From Candidatus Atelocyanobacterium thalassa isolate ALOHA (lineage in GTDB: Bacteria; Cyanobacteriota; Cyanobacteriia; Cyanobacteriales; Microcystaceae), in contig NC_013771.1 in the NCBI RefSeq assembly GCF_000025125.1, positions 570,001-602,000 on the forward strand: a DNA stretch of 32,000 nt. Direction: 5' to 3'. Below, piece after piece: positions 11,772-20,999 of this stretch. Under the pieces are notes generated by a model that worked only from the letters and a program-made list of their open reading frames with translations, did not search any database and had not been told where the DNA came from. Numbering within the stretch: position 1 is the stretch's first letter; each line of letters opens with the position of its first letter. The position numbers were made by a program, and so were the translations under genes.

Positions 11772-13298
11772 ATGAAACTTGCTTATTGGATGTATGCTGG
11801 ACCAGCTCATATTGGCACCCTCCGCATTGCTAGTTCTTTTCGTAACGTGCATGCAATTATGCATGCACCTCTTGGTGATGACTATTTTAACGTTATGAGA
11901 TCTATGCTGGAAAGGGAAAGAAACTTTACCCCTGTAACTGCAAGCATAGTAGATCGAAATGTTTTAGCTCGTGGTTCTCAAGATAAAGTTATTAATAATA
12001 TTATCAGGAAAGATAAAGAGGAAAATCCAGACCTTATTGTTTTAACGCCTACATGCACTTCAAGTATTTTACAAGAAGACTTGGCTAACTTTGTAGAGCG
12101 TGCACAAATGGATACAGAAGGAGATGTTATCCTAGCTGATGTCAATCATTATCGTTACAACGAGTTACAAGCAGCTGATAGAACTTTGCATCAAATTGTA
12201 AAATTTTATCTAGATAAAGCAAATAAAAAATGTGAATTACCAAACGAAAAAACAAAAAATCCTTCTGTTAACATAATAGGTATATCTACTCTTGGTTTTC
12301 ATGCTAAACATGACTGTACTGAATTACAGAAGTTAATGAAAGATTTAGGAATTACTGTAAATATGATAATTCCTGAGAAAGCATCAGTTCATGATCTGAA
12401 AAATTTAACCAAAGCATGGTTTAATCTAGTCCCTTATAGAGAATTGGGATTAAGTGTTGCTAAATATTTAGAGTCTGAATTTAATATTCCTTATATTGAC
12501 ATAACTCCTATAGGCGTCGTTGAGACTGCAAAATGCATTCGTAAAATCCAACAAGTAATTAATGAACAAGGTAAAAATGTAAATTTTGAAGATTATATTA
12601 ATAAACAAACTTTATACGTTTCTGAAGCAGCATGGTTTTCCAGATCGATTGATTGTCAGAATTTAACAGGCAAAAAAGCAGTAGTTTTTGGTGATAATAC
12701 TCATGCTGCAGCTATGACAAAAATTTTAGCCAGGGAAATGGGAATTGATGTTGTTTTAGCTGGAACCTATTGTAAATATGATGCTGAATGGTTCAAGGAA
12801 CAGGTTAGTGAATATTGCGGCGAAGTATTAATTAGTGATAACAATGGTGAAATTGCTAATACAATAGCACGTTTAGAACCTTCTGCGATTTTTGGCACAC
12901 AGATGGAACGTCATGTTGGCAAAAGGTTGAATATTCCATGTGGAGTAATTGCATCACCAATTCATATACAGAACTTTCCTATAGGATATAAGCCTTTTTG
13001 TGGATATGAAGGGACAAATCAAATTACTGATTTAATTTATAATTCTTTTACGTTAGGAATGGAGGATCATTTACTTGAAATTTTTGGAGGACATGACACC
13101 AAAGAAACTATCACTAAAGGAATATCTGCTAATTCTGATTTAAATTGGAATAAAGAAGCTCAAACAGAATTAAATAAAATTCCTGGTTTTGTACGTGGTA
13201 AAGTGAAGCGTAACACGGAGAAATTTGCTCGTGAACGTAACCTATCTGAAGTTACAATTGAAGTAATGTACGCAGCAAAAGAAACAATCGGAAATTAG
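11772..13298 (+). CDS. chlB: Light-independent protochlorophyllide reductase (DPOR) subunit B
   Basis: [23 protein letters not shown]...[26 protein letters not shown] is the canonical ChlB N-terminus. It is 508 aa from the ATG at 11772, and the upstream start at 11754 adds 6 non-conserved residues. Confidence 0.95.
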   Translation: MKLAYWMYAGPAHIGTLRIASSFRNVHAIMHAPLGDDYFNVMRSMLERERNFTPVTASIVDRNVLARGSQDKVINNIIRKDKEENPDLIVLTPTCTSSILQEDLANFVERAQMDTEGDVILADVNHYRYNELQAADRTLHQIVKFYLDKANKKCELPNEKTKNPSVNIIGISTLGFHAKHDCTELQKLMKDLGITVNMIIPEKASVHDLKNLTKAWFNLVPYRELGLSVAKYLESEFNIPYIDITPIGVVETAKCIRKIQQVINEQGKNVNFEDYINKQTLYVSEAAWFSRSIDCQNLTGKKAVVFGDNTHAAAMTKILAREMGIDVVLAGTYCKYDAEWFKEQVSEYCGEVLISDNNGEIANTIARLEPSAIFGTQMERHVGKRLNIPCGVIASPIHIQNFPIGYKPFCGYEGTNQITDLIYNSFTLGMEDHLLEIFGGHDTKETITKGISANSDLNWNKEAQTELNKIPGFVRGKVKRNTEKFARERNLSEVTIEVMYAAKETIGN

Positions 13299-13313
13299 CT
13301 TAAAAGCTAATTT
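13292..13313. repeat. 22-bp palindrome (10+2+10) overlapping the chlB stop codon
   Basis: AAATTAGCTT-AA-AAGCTAATTT. The arms are perfect reverse complements, and the TAG stop at 13296-13298 lies in the left arm. Confidence 0.6.
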
Positions 13314-13326
13314 AGGTCTTAATTAA

Positions 13327-13366
13327 GTTACTAAAACATAATGTAAATTAGCTGTGTTTTAGTAAC
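13327..13366 (+). terminator. Perfect 12-bp-stem hairpin, candidate chlB terminator
   Basis: GTTACTAAAACA (13327-13338) and TGTTTTAGTAAC (13355-13366) are exact reverse complements with a 16-nt loop. It lies 29 nt after the chlB stop, and no clean U-tract follows. Confidence 0.45.
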
Positions 13367-13481
13367 TATGTATTGTTCGAATACTCTAATAAATAAGGTC
13401 AATTTAAAAAATTTTTAAACTTGTTTTTTTAAATTATCTTACATTAAAATTTTTTAAAAATCTATCTATGATAAAGATGAC

Positions 13482-13518
13482 ATTGAAACATATTGTGTTT
13501 TACACAATATGTTTCAAT
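13482..13518 (-). terminator. Perfect 16-bp-stem hairpin, candidate terminator of the DUF4330-like gene (possibly bidirectional)
   Basis: ATTGAAACATATTGTG (13482-13497) and CACAATATGTTTCAAT (13503-13518) are exact reverse complements with a 5-nt loop. It lies about 50 nt downstream of the minus-strand stop at 13568. Confidence 0.45.
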
Positions 13519-13567
13519 ATTTGGGAAAGCTATTTATTATTAAAAAACTAAATAAATTACTAATAAT

Positions 13568-14098
13568 CTATTTTAAAATTCTTACTGCGATAGTACTCGT
13601 ATTAAAATTATAATTTTTCCCTTCTAATTCGATTTTAGTTCCAATTTTAATTTTTTGTTTTCCAACAACTACTCCTGTGTCTGTTAGCTGCGCATTTCCT
13701 TTGAGTGTTAAAATCATATCTTGGAAAAATATAATTTCTGGTCTTGGATCAGGAAGAGCTTTAACAGAACCATCAGGTTGAGGAACTGCTATGGTTCTAG
13801 GAAGTGGAGTAACTTTTTTAATTTCAAATTCTCCGGCAGGTTGATGACGAATTACAATATTTGTTATTTTAGTTTCTTTAAATTGGTTAATAAGTAAATC
13901 TGGATCTCCTACTCCTAAGCCTCTTACAATAACATCAACTTCAATTGGATTTCTAGCAACCTGAGCAATAGTACTTGTTCCAGACTTATTCGGAACAATA
14001 AAAATACTAGCAATAGCTAAAATAATAATTAATGTAGCTCCCACATCTAGAATGCTAAGTCTTCCTAGAAAACGTCCTTTAGAATCTAATAGTTCCAT
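13568..14098 (-). CDS. Conserved cyanobacterial hypothetical protein, DUF4330-like
   Basis: The N-terminus (MELLDSKGRFLGRLSILDVGATLIIILAI: short cytoplasmic tag plus one TM) and the beta-rich remainder match my recollection of the DUF4330 family. This is assigned from memory only. Confidence 0.55.
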   Translation of the reverse strand: MELLDSKGRFLGRLSILDVGATLIIILAIASIFIVPNKSGTSTIAQVARNPIEVDVIVRGLGVGDPDLLINQFKETKITNIVIRHQPAGEFEIKKVTPLPRTIAVPQPDGSVKALPDPRPEIIFFQDMILTLKGNAQLTDTGVVVGKQKIKIGTKIELEGKNYNFNTSTIAVRILK

Positions 14099-14419
14099 GA
14101 ATATGTCTAATCGTTATAAAAAAGAAAACTTTTATAAATTATAATAAAAATTTATAAAAAAGACGAAACGTCAAAGAGAAAATATCCCTAGTTCTTGAAT
14201 AATCTCTTATATTACGAAATATCGCAATATATTATTAAATGTAAACAAGAATTTTTTTATCAATCAACATATTTAAAGTAGTTTGTTAATAAATTTTAGA
14301 GTTATTCGTTAAATTAAAACATGATTTTTTACTTTTTCATTACTATTTTTAATATATTCTCAACAACTACTAATATTATTTTTTAAATAAAGTGATTCTG
14401 TAAGGTAATTGAATAATAT

Positions 14420-15388
14420 TTAATTCTCATTATCCCAATAATAGAAATATTCCTTATTTAGATAAAGTTTTTCTACTATTAATTCGCTAACAAAGGGAAA
14501 AATTTTCTTGTTTTTACTATTTTCTTCTCCTTCTATAAACATTATGAAAAGAAATGGGGGTAGACCTGGTACTTTTATATATGCTGCATCATGGCGAACC
14601 TGGCTAGTCCATCCTGCTTTTGACCATAATTCAGCATTTTTAGGAAGACCTTCCCCAAGGAATCCTGTAACTTGATTTTCTGTTGAACTATTATAATGAA
14701 TGTCATCAACTGCTCTTTTTAGTAAACTCATCATTTGCATGGAACGTTCTAAAGAGACAGCTGTACCAGATACAATATTATGAAACAATCTTGCAACTGC
14801 ATTAGTAGTTAAAACATTTCGACTTTTTTTCATTTCCCCAAGGAATTTTTTCTCTCTTCCATAAGGTCCATCAGACCAGGTTTTTTGATTAATATTAATT
14901 GGTTTAAACTCTTGCCATCCTAACGTTTTAAAATAAATATTAATAATGTTTCGTTTATACTTCCAGGCTGAAAAATTATTATTTACTAACTCTGGACCAC
15001 TGTTCGTATCTGTTAGACTATCCATCACTAAGCTGGTCGCATCATTGCTAGATTGAACTACCATATCATTTACAGCACGACTTAACTCAGATGAAAGACT
15101 TACTTTTCCCACCTCTAGCCATTGATGAATAGCAACTAAATAGAATAATTTAACAATACTGGCTGGGTACATAGATTCAGTACCACGATGATTGAATCCA
15201 TGTATTAAATGTTTTGAAAATTCTTGTGGAAAAATTGATTTCTTATCTTCAATGATTTTTGTTTTTCTATAAACAATCCAAGTAATTGCACATTGTTCTG
15301 CATTGAGTGTAGCAAATTTTGCCAATGTTTTTTCTAAAACTTGATTGCCTAATGATTCTAAAATACTATCTGATTTAAAAAAAGTCAT
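14420..15388 (-). CDS. Class-A beta-lactamase-like serine hydrolase
   Basis: All three active-site motifs appear in the right order: SxxK (ASIVK), SxN (SSNDAT) and KxG (KAGWT). It starts 42 nt downstream of menA on the same strand. Confidence 0.7.
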   Translation of the reverse strand: MTFFKSDSILESLGNQVLEKTLAKFATLNAEQCAITWIVYRKTKIIEDKKSIFPQEFSKHLIHGFNHRGTESMYPASIVKLFYLVAIHQWLEVGKVSLSSELSRAVNDMVVQSSNDATSLVMDSLTDTNSGPELVNNNFSAWKYKRNIINIYFKTLGWQEFKPININQKTWSDGPYGREKKFLGEMKKSRNVLTTNAVARLFHNIVSGTAVSLERSMQMMSLLKRAVDDIHYNSSTENQVTGFLGEGLPKNAELWSKAGWTSQVRHDAAYIKVPGLPPFLFIMFIEGEENSKNKKIFPFVSELIVEKLYLNKEYFYYWDNEN

Positions 15389-15430
15389 AGAATTATTCTC
15401 ATCATTTTGATGGCACAGTATTTAATCTTT

Positions 15431-16345
15431 TTATATGAACTTTGACAAAATTAAGCCTACTGATAATAGTATTCCACTAAAAAAATGAAATTTAATAGCT
15501 ATAAATTTACTATTTTTAACTTTACTAGTCTGATTATGGTACTGTGAGACATGCTGTACAAGTTTATGAGCAACAGGAAAACTAAGTAAGCTCAAAAAAG
15601 TCCAGAACGGCAATATTTTTAGTATTGGGAAAAATATTACTAGAAACATCAAAAACACAGTTATTACTTTTAATACTATAGAACCTAATTTCGTACCAAG
15701 AAATACTATTGGCGATCGCTTTCCTGCAAAAAAATCGTCTTTTACTTGATGGAAATGAGAGCAAAATAAAATAATAGATGTACTAATTCCTATTAAAATA
15801 CCAGATGCTAAACTTATAATAGAGAAATGTTGAACTTGAGAATAATAAGATGCTGATACAGCTATTGGGCCAAATGTAATAAAAGATATTATTTCACCCA
15901 GCCCCTTATACCCTAAGCGAAAAGGTGGACCTTGATAACTATATCCTAAAATACAACAAAGAATTACCATAAATAATACAGTTAAATCCTTCTGCAGCCA
16001 TGAAATTAAAACAATTCCTCCAATACCTAAAATCAAAAATATATTAGATAACCAAAATATTAAAGATTTATTGTTAATTAAATTAACAATAGAATGAGGC
16101 TTGTTTTTATCAATTCCTGTATCAGCATCAAAATAATCATTACTAATATTTATCCAAGCAATAATTAAAATGGAAGATATTAGAAAAGTAGTAAAAATTC
16201 TAAAGTCAAATGTTGATATTTTTTCAAACGCAGCTGAACTTCCTACAATTATTGGAATAACAGATACACTGTATACTGGTACTTTAATTGCAGCAAGCCA
16301 TAATCTCTGCCTAGATGTTAATTTTCTCGTAGATACTATACTCAT
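15431..16345 (-). CDS. menA: 1,4-dihydroxy-2-naphthoate phytyltransferase (UbiA superfamily)
   Basis: 304 aa, polytopic, with the N-terminus RQRLWLAAIKVPVYSVSVIPIIVG and the Asp-rich prenyl-diphosphate motif NDYFDADTGIDKNK. Confidence 0.85.
   Translation of the reverse strand: MSIVSTRKLTSRQRLWLAAIKVPVYSVSVIPIIVGSSAAFEKISTFDFRIFTTFLISSILIIAWINISNDYFDADTGIDKNKPHSIVNLINNKSLIFWLSNIFLILGIGGIVLISWLQKDLTVLFMVILCCILGYSYQGPPFRLGYKGLGEIISFITFGPIAVSASYYSQVQHFSIISLASGILIGISTSIILFCSHFHQVKDDFFAGKRSPIVFLGTKLGSIVLKVITVFLMFLVIFFPILKILPFWTFLSLLSFPVAHKLVQHVSQYHNQTSKVKNSKFIAIKFHFFSGILLSVGLILSKFI
15712..15719. repeat. Single HIP1 octamer GCGATCGC inside menA
   Basis: Exact GCGATCGC at 15712-15719. I found no second copy when reading the window. 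Confidence 0.7.
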
Positions 16346-16473
16346 AAAATTTCTAATTTAGAATAATCTCTGTGATATGATTCTGAAAAGAACTGTAATT
16401 TAAGATATGGGTAATATTTAAGACATATGATCAATATTGTGCAAAAGCAAAATAAGTTATAAATAAATTTACG

Positions 16474-17925
16474 ATGTCTATTACCTCAATATTTATACCC
16501 AATAGTACTAGTTTTATAAATAATCCATACTATTTAGAAAATTTACTGACGACTTATCAAACAAAGTTTAAAAGTTATGATCAGTCAGTTATTATAAGTT
16601 TATCTTACGTTATCAATACAGTTGATACCTTGTCTGTTTTAAATTTTTTGATTAACAAAAAAAATACAAGTTCTCTATTGGATACAATTTATTTTTATTG
16701 GGAAAATAAGGTTAATAATGAAGAAGTCTTAGGATATGGTGCAACTCAATATTTTGATATTGATTCCTCGAATAGATTTTCCATATCTAAAAAATTTACA
16801 AAAGATTGTTTAGCAAAAATTATTAAGATAAAAGAAAAAAAAGAAATTAAAGCTTCTCCTCGTATCTTTTCTGGTTTCACTTTTTTTGATAAGACAGATT
16901 ATCTTTATTGTTCTTTTCCACCAGCTTTTGCTTTTTTGCCTTATGTTCAATTAATTAAGACTAAAAATAGTAGTACTCTAACTTTTAATATATTGATTAA
17001 GAAAAAAACAGATATTAAACAAATAATTCTCAAAATTTTAACTATAAAAAAACTAATTCTTTCTTTAACAACATATCAAAGTAACAAAAAAGAGTTTAAA
17101 AAAGTGGTTTCTTGTAATATAAGTTCAATAAGGAAAGAAAAATTCAAAAAATCTGTTAATTCAATACTAAAGTCTATCAGAAGTAATAAATTCAAAAAAT
17201 TAGTATTAGCTGATTTTTTAGATTTAAAAAATTCTGCAAATTTTTCTATCATTAATTGTCTCAATAATTTACGTTCTTACTATCCAGATTGTTATGTCTT
17301 TGCAATTAATAATGGGAAAAATCAATGCTTTATCGGAGCTAGCCCTGAGCGATTACTTAGTATTAAAAGCAAGAAACTCATAACAGATGCTTTAGCAGGA
17401 TCTTCTTCAAGAGGTAGTAATAAATATGAAGATTTTTATTTAGCTCAAAAGCTTCTAAAAAGTCCTAAAGAAAGATATGAACACCAAATTGTAATTAAAT
17501 ATATTGTCGAAAGTTTATTGAACATAGGATTAAATCCAAAAGTTTTCCCACTTAAACTTTTGAAACTGTCTAATATACAGCATCTTTGGACCTCGATTTA
17601 TAGCAACTTAAAGCCTAATATTCATCCTATAGACATAGTTGCTACTTTGCATCCTACTCCTGCTGTTTCTGGATTTCCTAAGGCTATAACTTGTACAAGA
17701 ATTAAGTGTTATGAACAATTTACACGTGGACTTTATGCAGCGCCTCTAGGTTGGATTGATTCTAATGAAGATAGTGAATTTATCGTAGGCATTCGTTCTG
17801 CTCTTATCTCTGATAACAATGCTAGATTATATGCTGGCGCTGGTATAGTTAAGGGATCTCAACCAGAAAAAGAACTTGCAGAAATTCAATTAAAACTTGA
17901 AGGATTACTTAAAACACTTACTTGA
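16474..17925 (+). CDS. menF: Isochorismate synthase
   Basis: The C-terminal chorismate-binding domain is clear (FIGASPERLL, ATLHPTPAVSGFP, GIRSALI, YAGAGIVKGS). The N-terminal half is Lys/Ile/Asn-rich and poorly conserved. Confidence 0.8.
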   Translation: MSITSIFIPNSTSFINNPYYLENLLTTYQTKFKSYDQSVIISLSYVINTVDTLSVLNFLINKKNTSSLLDTIYFYWENKVNNEEVLGYGATQYFDIDSSNRFSISKKFTKDCLAKIIKIKEKKEIKASPRIFSGFTFFDKTDYLYCSFPPAFAFLPYVQLIKTKNSSTLTFNILIKKKTDIKQIILKILTIKKLILSLTTYQSNKKEFKKVVSCNISSIRKEKFKKSVNSILKSIRSNKFKKLVLADFLDLKNSANFSIINCLNNLRSYYPDCYVFAINNGKNQCFIGASPERLLSIKSKKLITDALAGSSSRGSNKYEDFYLAQKLLKSPKERYEHQIVIKYIVESLLNIGLNPKVFPLKLLKLSNIQHLWTSIYSNLKPNIHPIDIVATLHPTPAVSGFPKAITCTRIKCYEQFTRGLYAAPLGWIDSNEDSEFIVGIRSALISDNNARLYAGAGIVKGSQPEKELAEIQLKLEGLLKTLT

Positions 17926-18009
17926 ATCAATCGTCAAAAATTTCAGAAAATTTATTATTATCATTGTTTGCGCTTAACAATGTACTGATATGCAAGCATA
18001 GTTGAAATA

Positions 18010-18504
18010 TTAGTGAAATTCATAGTAACTAAGTAAACCAAATCCAAATCCACTAAAACAGATGATAAATAAATTAATTATAATTTGATATCTTGAAATA
18101 TTAAATTTTTGCATTTCTAATTTAGCTAAGACTGTACTACAAATTAGTAAAAATATTATAGAAACATTTGCAATCCATCTTAATAAAAAGACTGTTATTA
18201 GTGACCACAAAAAAACAGTTATCATAGCTTTACTATCTGATTTAAAACTATTTCCAAAAATTATAATTAAAATAATATCTGGAATAGATAATCCTATAAT
18301 AATTAGTAGAATGATTAAAACTGCGATTAAATGTATTAATAAGAAAAATGTTTCATTCCTCATTGTTAAACCGTAAGCATTAACTTTTTGTCCTAACCAG
18401 TAACTCCAATCAGAAACTGAGCTACCTAAATACCAACCGAAAGAACCATATGTAAGTAAAATGATAACTGACGACAACAAAGGGAATCTGATTAATCTTT
18501 TCAT
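18010..18504 (-). CDS. Hypothetical polytopic membrane protein (164 aa)
   Basis: ATG-initiated ORF with 4-5 predicted hydrophobic helices. I recognise no family. Confidence 0.45.
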   Translation of the reverse strand: MKRLIRFPLLSSVIILLTYGSFGWYLGSSVSDWSYWLGQKVNAYGLTMRNETFFLLIHLIAVLIILLIIIGLSIPDIILIIIFGNSFKSDSKAMITVFLWSLITVFLLRWIANVSIIFLLICSTVLAKLEMQKFNISRYQIIINLFIICFSGFGFGLLSYYEFH

Positions 18505-19004
18505 ATGTCTAAACTAAAATTTATATATTGATAAACAAAATACAAGTTTTTAAATGAATAGTCTTAGAACGCTTAAAAATTAAACATAAGTATTGTAAAT
18601 ATAAAAGATATCTAATTACTAACTATTTGTATATTTATTTCATACCAAAAACTTAAGTATAAGTCATTGTATTAATTAAGCTTGATTTAGTTAGTGTTTT
18701 AAAAAAGAAACTAATACTTATTTTAAAAATTAATAGAAGAGGGATACTTCACTTGTATTGCGCATATGTAGTTCCAAATTTGATCGTTTAAGTCTTTGTG
18801 CGGTGTACAAAGGGAAACTAATAATAAATAAGATTTAAATACAATAAATATTTTAAGTTTTATCTCTAAAAACTCTGATTACCTATATTCTTACTAACAA
18901 TTAATAAACTTTCTTAATATCAAGAATTAATTTAATATACAGTAAATATATAACTATATGTAGTTACTAAATCTTATATAATATTGATATTTATTGAGTG
19001 GCCC

Positions 19005-19961
19005 ATGCATCCTAACACAAACCAGATTGAGATGTCAGTTATCATTCCCTTCTATAATGAAGAACGAGGCCTAGAACATCTTTTTACAAGAGTTCTAGGA
19101 GTTTTAGATCGTCTTAACTTATCTTATGAAGTTATTTGTGTAGATGACGGCAGTCAAGATCAAACTCTAAAAAATTTGATTAATTATCACTATCTTTATC
19201 CTGAAATTAAAATTATCAGCTTGTCTCGTAATTTTGGTAAGGATGTTGCACTAACTGCAGGATTAGAAAATGCTCAAGGACAAGTAATTATTCCCATTGA
19301 TGCAGATTTACAAGATCCTCCTGAGCTTATTGAGAAGTTACTTCAAAAATGGCGCGAAGGTTATGATGTTGTTTATGGGAAACGAAGGTCTAGACAAGGA
19401 GAAAGCCTAGTTAAGAGATTCACGGCTAATGCATTCTACAAGGTAATTAGTAAAATTAGTAGTGTTTCTATTCCTCAAGATACAGGAGACTTTCGCTTAC
19501 TGGACAAAAAAGTAGTCGATGCTTTAAAAACTATGCCAGAACGTACTCGTTTTATGAAAGGTCTTTTTGCATGGGTAGGATTTAAGCAGACTTATATCAT
19601 ATATGATCGTCCTAGTCGATTTCAGGGAACTAGTAAATGGAATTATTGGCAGTTATGGAATTTTGCCTTGGATGGTATAACCTCTTTTAGTTTAATTCCT
19701 TTAAAAGTCTGGAGTTATTTGGGAGTATCTGTTTCTTTTTTATCATTTATGTATGGCAGTTTTTTAATTATTAGAACATTAGTTTTAGGCATTGATGTTC
19801 CAGGATATGCTTCTTTAATGGTAACAACCTTATTTATAGGAGGACTACAATTAATTACACTAGGTATATTAGGGGAGTATCTAGGTCGTATATATGAAGA
19901 GACAAAGCAGCGCCCTTTGTATTTGATTAAAGAACGTCATGGTTTTCATATGGATTCTTAA
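19005..19961 (+). CDS. Family 2 glycosyltransferase, polyprenyl-phosphate sugar transferase type (GtrB/ArnC/DPM1-like)
   Basis: VIIPFYNEE, VDDGSQD and the DADLQDPPE (DxD) motif, plus two C-terminal TM helices before the conserved GEYLGRIY tail. I prefer the ATG at 19005 over the TTG at 18984. Confidence 0.85.
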   Translation: MHPNTNQIEMSVIIPFYNEERGLEHLFTRVLGVLDRLNLSYEVICVDDGSQDQTLKNLINYHYLYPEIKIISLSRNFGKDVALTAGLENAQGQVIIPIDADLQDPPELIEKLLQKWREGYDVVYGKRRSRQGESLVKRFTANAFYKVISKISSVSIPQDTGDFRLLDKKVVDALKTMPERTRFMKGLFAWVGFKQTYIIYDRPSRFQGTSKWNYWQLWNFALDGITSFSLIPLKVWSYLGVSVSFLSFMYGSFLIIRTLVLGIDVPGYASLMVTTLFIGGLQLITLGILGEYLGRIYEETKQRPLYLIKERHGFHMDS

Positions 19962-19974
19962 AGTTTCAATAGCT

Positions 19975-20724
19975 TTACCAATTTTTTTCAGACCATACGG
20001 AATGTGAAAAAATAGAATCTGCGACCCTTGCACCTCTTAATTGGTTAAGAAGAGGAAGATGCCCGTTTGGTGCACTTAAATTCCAGGTAAATTCTTTTGG
20101 ATAACGAGTCCAGTGATTACCTTTTTTCCAGCCAATTTTTCGCCATAATGTATTAAAGTCTTTTCCGGCAGATAACCAAAGTTTCCTTTGTACAGAAAAC
20201 CCAAATTTTCCACCAGAATACAACCACCATAAAGTATTTATAGTATTAAGATCCATGACAGGGAAGTTAGCAACTTCTGTAAAATAAACCCATTTGCGTT
20301 GTAAGGCACTTTCCCCTGCTAATTCTAATAATATTTTTCGAGTTAAAGTATCTGCTTCTTGAAAGTTTTGCTCCAACAATAATTTACTGAGTGATTTATA
20401 GTTAATATTTACTTGAGAATCAAGAGGCGCTAATCCATTTGGGAAATATTCTTGAATAAACAATTCTGTTTCAGGCATCTTAACTTGATAAAGTTCTCGA
20501 AAAACTTCTCCTTGTACAAGGTCAATATTATCTATATTTGATAACTTTAGAAAATCTATTAAGATTTCCCATCCAGTATTTCCCATGTTAATTAACTGAG
20601 GAATTAATTCAAATTGCTCTTTTGAGCTTCCATTTGTAAATTGATGTGCTAATTTTGATTTTGAAAAGTTATCATCTAAGTCATTAATTATAGAAATATT
20701 TTGATTAGTCATAAAATGATCCAC
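19975..20724 (-). CDS. gun4: GUN4-domain protein (Ycf53-like Mg-chelatase activator)
   Basis: The C-terminal half carries the GUN4 core (WLYSGGKFGFSVQRKLW...GWKKGNHWTRYP). The size of 249 aa is typical of cyanobacterial Gun4. Confidence 0.8.
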   Translation of the reverse strand: MDHFMTNQNISIINDLDDNFSKSKLAHQFTNGSSKEQFELIPQLINMGNTGWEILIDFLKLSNIDNIDLVQGEVFRELYQVKMPETELFIQEYFPNGLAPLDSQVNINYKSLSKLLLEQNFQEADTLTRKILLELAGESALQRKWVYFTEVANFPVMDLNTINTLWWLYSGGKFGFSVQRKLWLSAGKDFNTLWRKIGWKKGNHWTRYPKEFTWNLSAPNGHLPLLNQLRGARVADSIFSHSVWSEKNW

Positions 20725-20890
20725 TAGAGTTAATTATAACTTTTGAAAAATCTAATAAACACTTCAAAACAAAGCTTTAATTACTAGATTAATAGAGTTA
20801 TTTATGTGTTAATTACATGATGGTATTATAGCTTAGAAGGCCTTGTATATAAGATCTTAAAAAAAGAACAAAATTTTAATTTTATAAGGT

Positions 20891-20915
20891 TATGTTGTTT
20901 ATCTAAAACAACATA
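20891..20915 (-). terminator. 10-bp hairpin downstream of rbgA
   Basis: TATGTTGTTT (20891-20900) pairs with AAACAACATA (20906-20915) with a 5-nt loop. It lies about 85 nt after the rbgA stop on the minus strand, and no immediate U-tract follows. Confidence 0.3.
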
Positions 20916-20999
20916 TAATAAAGGATTTCTATAGTGTATTATTTTAAATTTAATTTAATAATTAGTTTTAGGTTACCAAGCAAAAAGAACTAGAAATGA

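Noticed and set aside
11772-13298. Assignment of the window to high-light Prochlorococcus, which is also about 30% GC
   Set aside because: As I recall, Prochlorococcus keeps chlB clustered with chlL/chlN and por, places ctaA/ctaB next to ctaCDE, has very short spacers and encodes a longer FNR. None of that matches here. This is a recollection-based judgement and a BLAST search would settle it.
14130-14159. Pure A/T inverted repeats, for example TTTTATAAATT/AATTTATAAAA at 14130-14159, TTAAAAAA-tga-TTTTTTAA near 29092-29110, and AAAAATTA-ca-TAATTTTT just after der at about 11595-11612
   Set aside because: They are composed only of A/T in spacers that are almost entirely A/T. Such short palindromes are expected by chance, and as RNA they would be very unstable.
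4262-19004. TTG/GTG-extended starts given by the ORF track for ftsZ (4262), carB (6791), chlB (11754) and the GT2 gene (18984)
   Set aside because: In each case an ATG a few codons downstream gives the conserved family N-terminus (MNISN..., [47 protein letters not shown]). The extra residues are not conserved-looking.
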